Shown piece after piece: positions 62,801-64,000 of a DNA stretch of 64,000 bases. The notes under the pieces are model-generated. The model did not search any database and was not told the origin of the DNA. It saw only the letters and a list, made by a program, of their open reading frames with translations. Each line of letters starts with the position of its first letter. Position 1 is the first letter of the stretch. The stretch covers positions 11,656,001-11,720,000 of the forward strand of contig OZ024741.1 of NCBI GenBank assembly GCA_964016885.1, read 5' to 3'. A program made the position numbers and the translations under genes. The stretch is from Eledone cirrhosa. Taxonomy: Eukaryota.

Positions 62801-64000
62801 ATGTATGTGTCTGTGTCACTATATGTATGTGTCTGTGTTACTATATGTATATGTCTGTGTCACTGTATGTATGTGTCTGTGTCACTATATGTATGTCTGT
62901 GTCACTATATGTTTGTGTGTCTGTGTCACTATATGTATGTGTCTGTGTCACTATATATATGTCTCTGTGTCACTGTATGTATGTGTCTGTGTCACTGTAT
63001 GTATGTGTCTGTGTCACTATATGTATGTGTCTGTGTCACTATATGTATGTCTCTGTGTCACTGTATGTATGTGTCTGTGTCACTATATGTATGTGTCTGT
63101 GTCACTATATGTATGTGTCTGTGTCACTATATGTATGTCTCTGTGTCACTATATGTATGTCTCTGTGTCACTGTATGTATGTGTCTGTGTCACTATATGT
63201 ATGTGTCTGTGTCACTGTATGTATGTCTCTGTGTCACTATATGTATGTGTCTGTGTCACTATATGTATGTGTCTGTGTCACTATATGTATGTCTCTGTGT
63301 CACTATATGTATGTCTCTGTGTCACTGTATGTATGTGTCTGTGTCACTATATGTATGTGTCTGTGTCACTGTATGTATGTCTCTGTGTCACTATATATAT
63401 GTGTCTGTGTCACTATACGTATGTGTCTGTGTCACTATATGTATGTGTCTGTGTCACTATATGTATGTCTCTGTGTCACTATATGTATGTGTCTCTGTCA
63501 CTATATGCATGTATGTGTCTGTGTCACTATATGTATGTGTCTGTCTCACTATATGTATGTGTCTGTGTCACTATATGTATGTGTCTGTGTCACTATATGT
63601 ATGTGTCTGTGTCACTATATGTATGTCTCTGTGTCACTATATGTATGTGTCTGTGTCACTATATGTATGTGTCTGTGTCACTATATGTATGTGTCTGTGT
63701 CACTATATGTATGTGTCTGTGTCACTGTATATATGTGTCTGTGTCATTATATTTATGTGTCTGTGTCACTGTATGTATGTGTCTGTGTCACTGTATGTAT
63801 GTGTCTGTGTCACTAAATGTATATCTGTGTCACTATATGTTTGTGTGTCTGTGTCACTATATGTATGTGTCTGTGTCACTATATGTATGTGTCTGTGTCA
63901 CTATATGTATGTGTCTGTGACACTATATGTATGTTTCTGTGTCACTATATGTATGTGTCTGTGTCACTATATGTATGTGTCTGTGTCACTATATATATGT
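47880..64000. repeat. 22-bp tandem satellite GTGTCTGTGTCACTATATGTAT (>700 copies), running off the window
   Basis: Directly visible 22-bp period, with a ~6.4-6.5 kb higher-order repeat. Confidence 0.97.

Noticed and set aside
47799-63920. Long MCLCHYMYVSVSLYVCVCVT-repeat ORFs
   Set aside because: Translation of the 22-bp satellite in all three frames; no evidence of coding

Overview
Eukaryotic, repeat-dominated window with no recognisable host gene. The SINE, RTE and MITE families resemble cephalopod (Octopus-like) repeats; this is an inference. It contains three large tandem arrays: a 19-bp GGGTTAG-containing satellite (~0.26-11.1 kb), a ~16-kb (TA)n-rich compound microsatellite ending at a 200-N gap, and a 22-bp satellite with a ~6.5-kb higher-order period (47.9-64 kb). 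It also has decayed retroelements (RTE, two head-to-tail Tx1/L1-clade copies, a CR1-like 3' end, a solo LTR), several tRNA-derived SINEs, a non-autonomous Helitron and a TTAA-type MITE. The most notable signal is that about six short non-coding element families, unrelated in sequence, carry type-I hammerhead ribozyme (HHR) motifs: CTGAnGA-stem II-GAAA-stem III-TH, either complete or as the 3' half only. Most sit beside (TA)n tracts as asymmetric fold-back palindromes, and one is a ~1.3-mer partial tandem. They look like a Penelope-pLTR/retrozyme-type self-cleaving mobile RNA system. Nearly all long ORFs in the track are microsatellite or satellite artefacts.
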